Assembly (NCBI RefSeq): GCF_006345805.1
Contig: NC_043005.1
Span: 62,930,001-62,994,000 of the forward strand
Source of the DNA: Octopus sinensis
Taxonomy: Eukaryota
Reading direction: 5' to 3'
DNA: 64,000 nucleotides
Shown: positions 63,055 to 64,000 of the stretch, piece after piece
Numbering within the stretch: position 1 is the first letter of the stretch
Layout of the letters: every line of letters begins with the position of its first letter
Program-made: the position numbers and the translations under genes
Notes under the pieces: generated by a model
Seen by the model: only the letters and a program-made list of their open reading frames with translations
Told to the model about the DNA's origin: nothing
Database searches by the model: none

Positions 63055-63600
63055 GTTGCAGTTTTACATTGTATTTCTATATTTCAGGGTCACCTTCTTC
63101 CCCTACCTCTCCCACATCTGAGCAACGACTTTTTCCAACTACTGCTTTTTCCAAATGTCCTGAAGAAGTGGCCTTCACCCCAAAATATAGAAATACAAGG
63201 CAAAACTGCAACTTTTCTTTCCTTTTCTTATCCTTTTGTAGTTTATTTTGTGCCTTCTTGCCTTCTTTAAGGTTATACCTCACAATACTTCACCAAAACT
63301 ACCTCAGAAAAAAAAAAGCTGCAGATGGAAATCCTCAGATATTATATAAATCAAAATAAACAAACTCATACCTACTTATAGTGGTTAGTGAAATCAGGGG
63401 TCAAGCGAATGTCTTCAGAAAGACTATAAATGGGCTTTGCTTGAAACATCTGTTATCTGTTTCAAGGAGAACTTTGCAGGAAGAATCAGGACTCAAATCT
63501 CACAATGTTATAGAAACTTGCAAACATAAACAAGAGACCTGGTGTTTATTTTATCCTTTATTTGCCGAGAAGATGAGTTACAGCTTATGATGGAAATTAG
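63055..63600. mobile_element. PLE relic: inverted pLTR pair with hammerhead cores plus a GIY-YIG-like remnant
   Basis: 63055-63100 is the reverse complement of 63162-63211. Plus core tgtc-CTGAAGA-a-GTGG..TCACCCC-aAA-ATAT-A^GAAA. The minus frame KDKINTRSLVYVCKF..HC near 63500-63560 resembles the PLE 'vVY..C..C' motif. Confidence 0.55.
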
Positions 63601-64000
63601 TTATATACATAAATAGAAATAGAGCCTAAATTTTAATGAGATTAGATTAATGTATCTGAAAGTCTTCACTTTGAAATACATGTAATGTCTAAAAGGAGAA
63701 TATAAGCTTGATATAAAACTATTCACTCATCTATAACTTTATCATAAACCATTATCATTATTAAATCAGAAACCATATATGATGAACAAGTAAAACTGGT
63801 TGTTTTGTTAACCCAATAGCATCATTCAGGATCTTGTCCCTTTTCAAGTAATGTCACTAAAAGTTATCAAATTTATCTTTTTATTTACAGCTTATATTAT
63901 TGTAATAGCACAAATCATACCTATATGAACTAGGTTAAATAAAAATTTGATTTAACCATAATGTAGTGCCTTTTCATATCCCAAATCAATAACTTGCTTT

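Overview
AT-rich animal genomic DNA made up mostly of transposable elements. The SINE and LINE-tail families resemble those of octopus/coleoid cephalopods, but this is an inference from recall and not a database match. I found no host protein-coding exon I can defend. Most of the longer supplied ORFs are TE remnants, antisense reads of repeats, or microsatellite artefacts. Supported elements are: a CRE-clade retrotransposon 3' end (RLE domain), a head-to-tail array of three non-autonomous Helitrons, a degenerate DD34E Tc1, an 8-bp-TSD MITE with telomere-like repeats at its centre, Penelope-like elements (PLEs), RTE, L2/CR1-like and L1-like LINE fragments, mariner/pogo/hAT relics, and several tRNA-SINE families. 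The most striking hidden layer is a set of about nine minimal type I hammerhead ribozyme motifs (CUGANGA core, helix II, GAAA, palindromic helix III, NUH, helix I). One is nearly intact at 10971-11031. Another sits in the tail of a tRNA-headed SINE that inserted with a PLE-style inverted 5' piece and a 13-bp TSD, making it a candidate Penelope-mobilised, ribozyme-carrying SINE.
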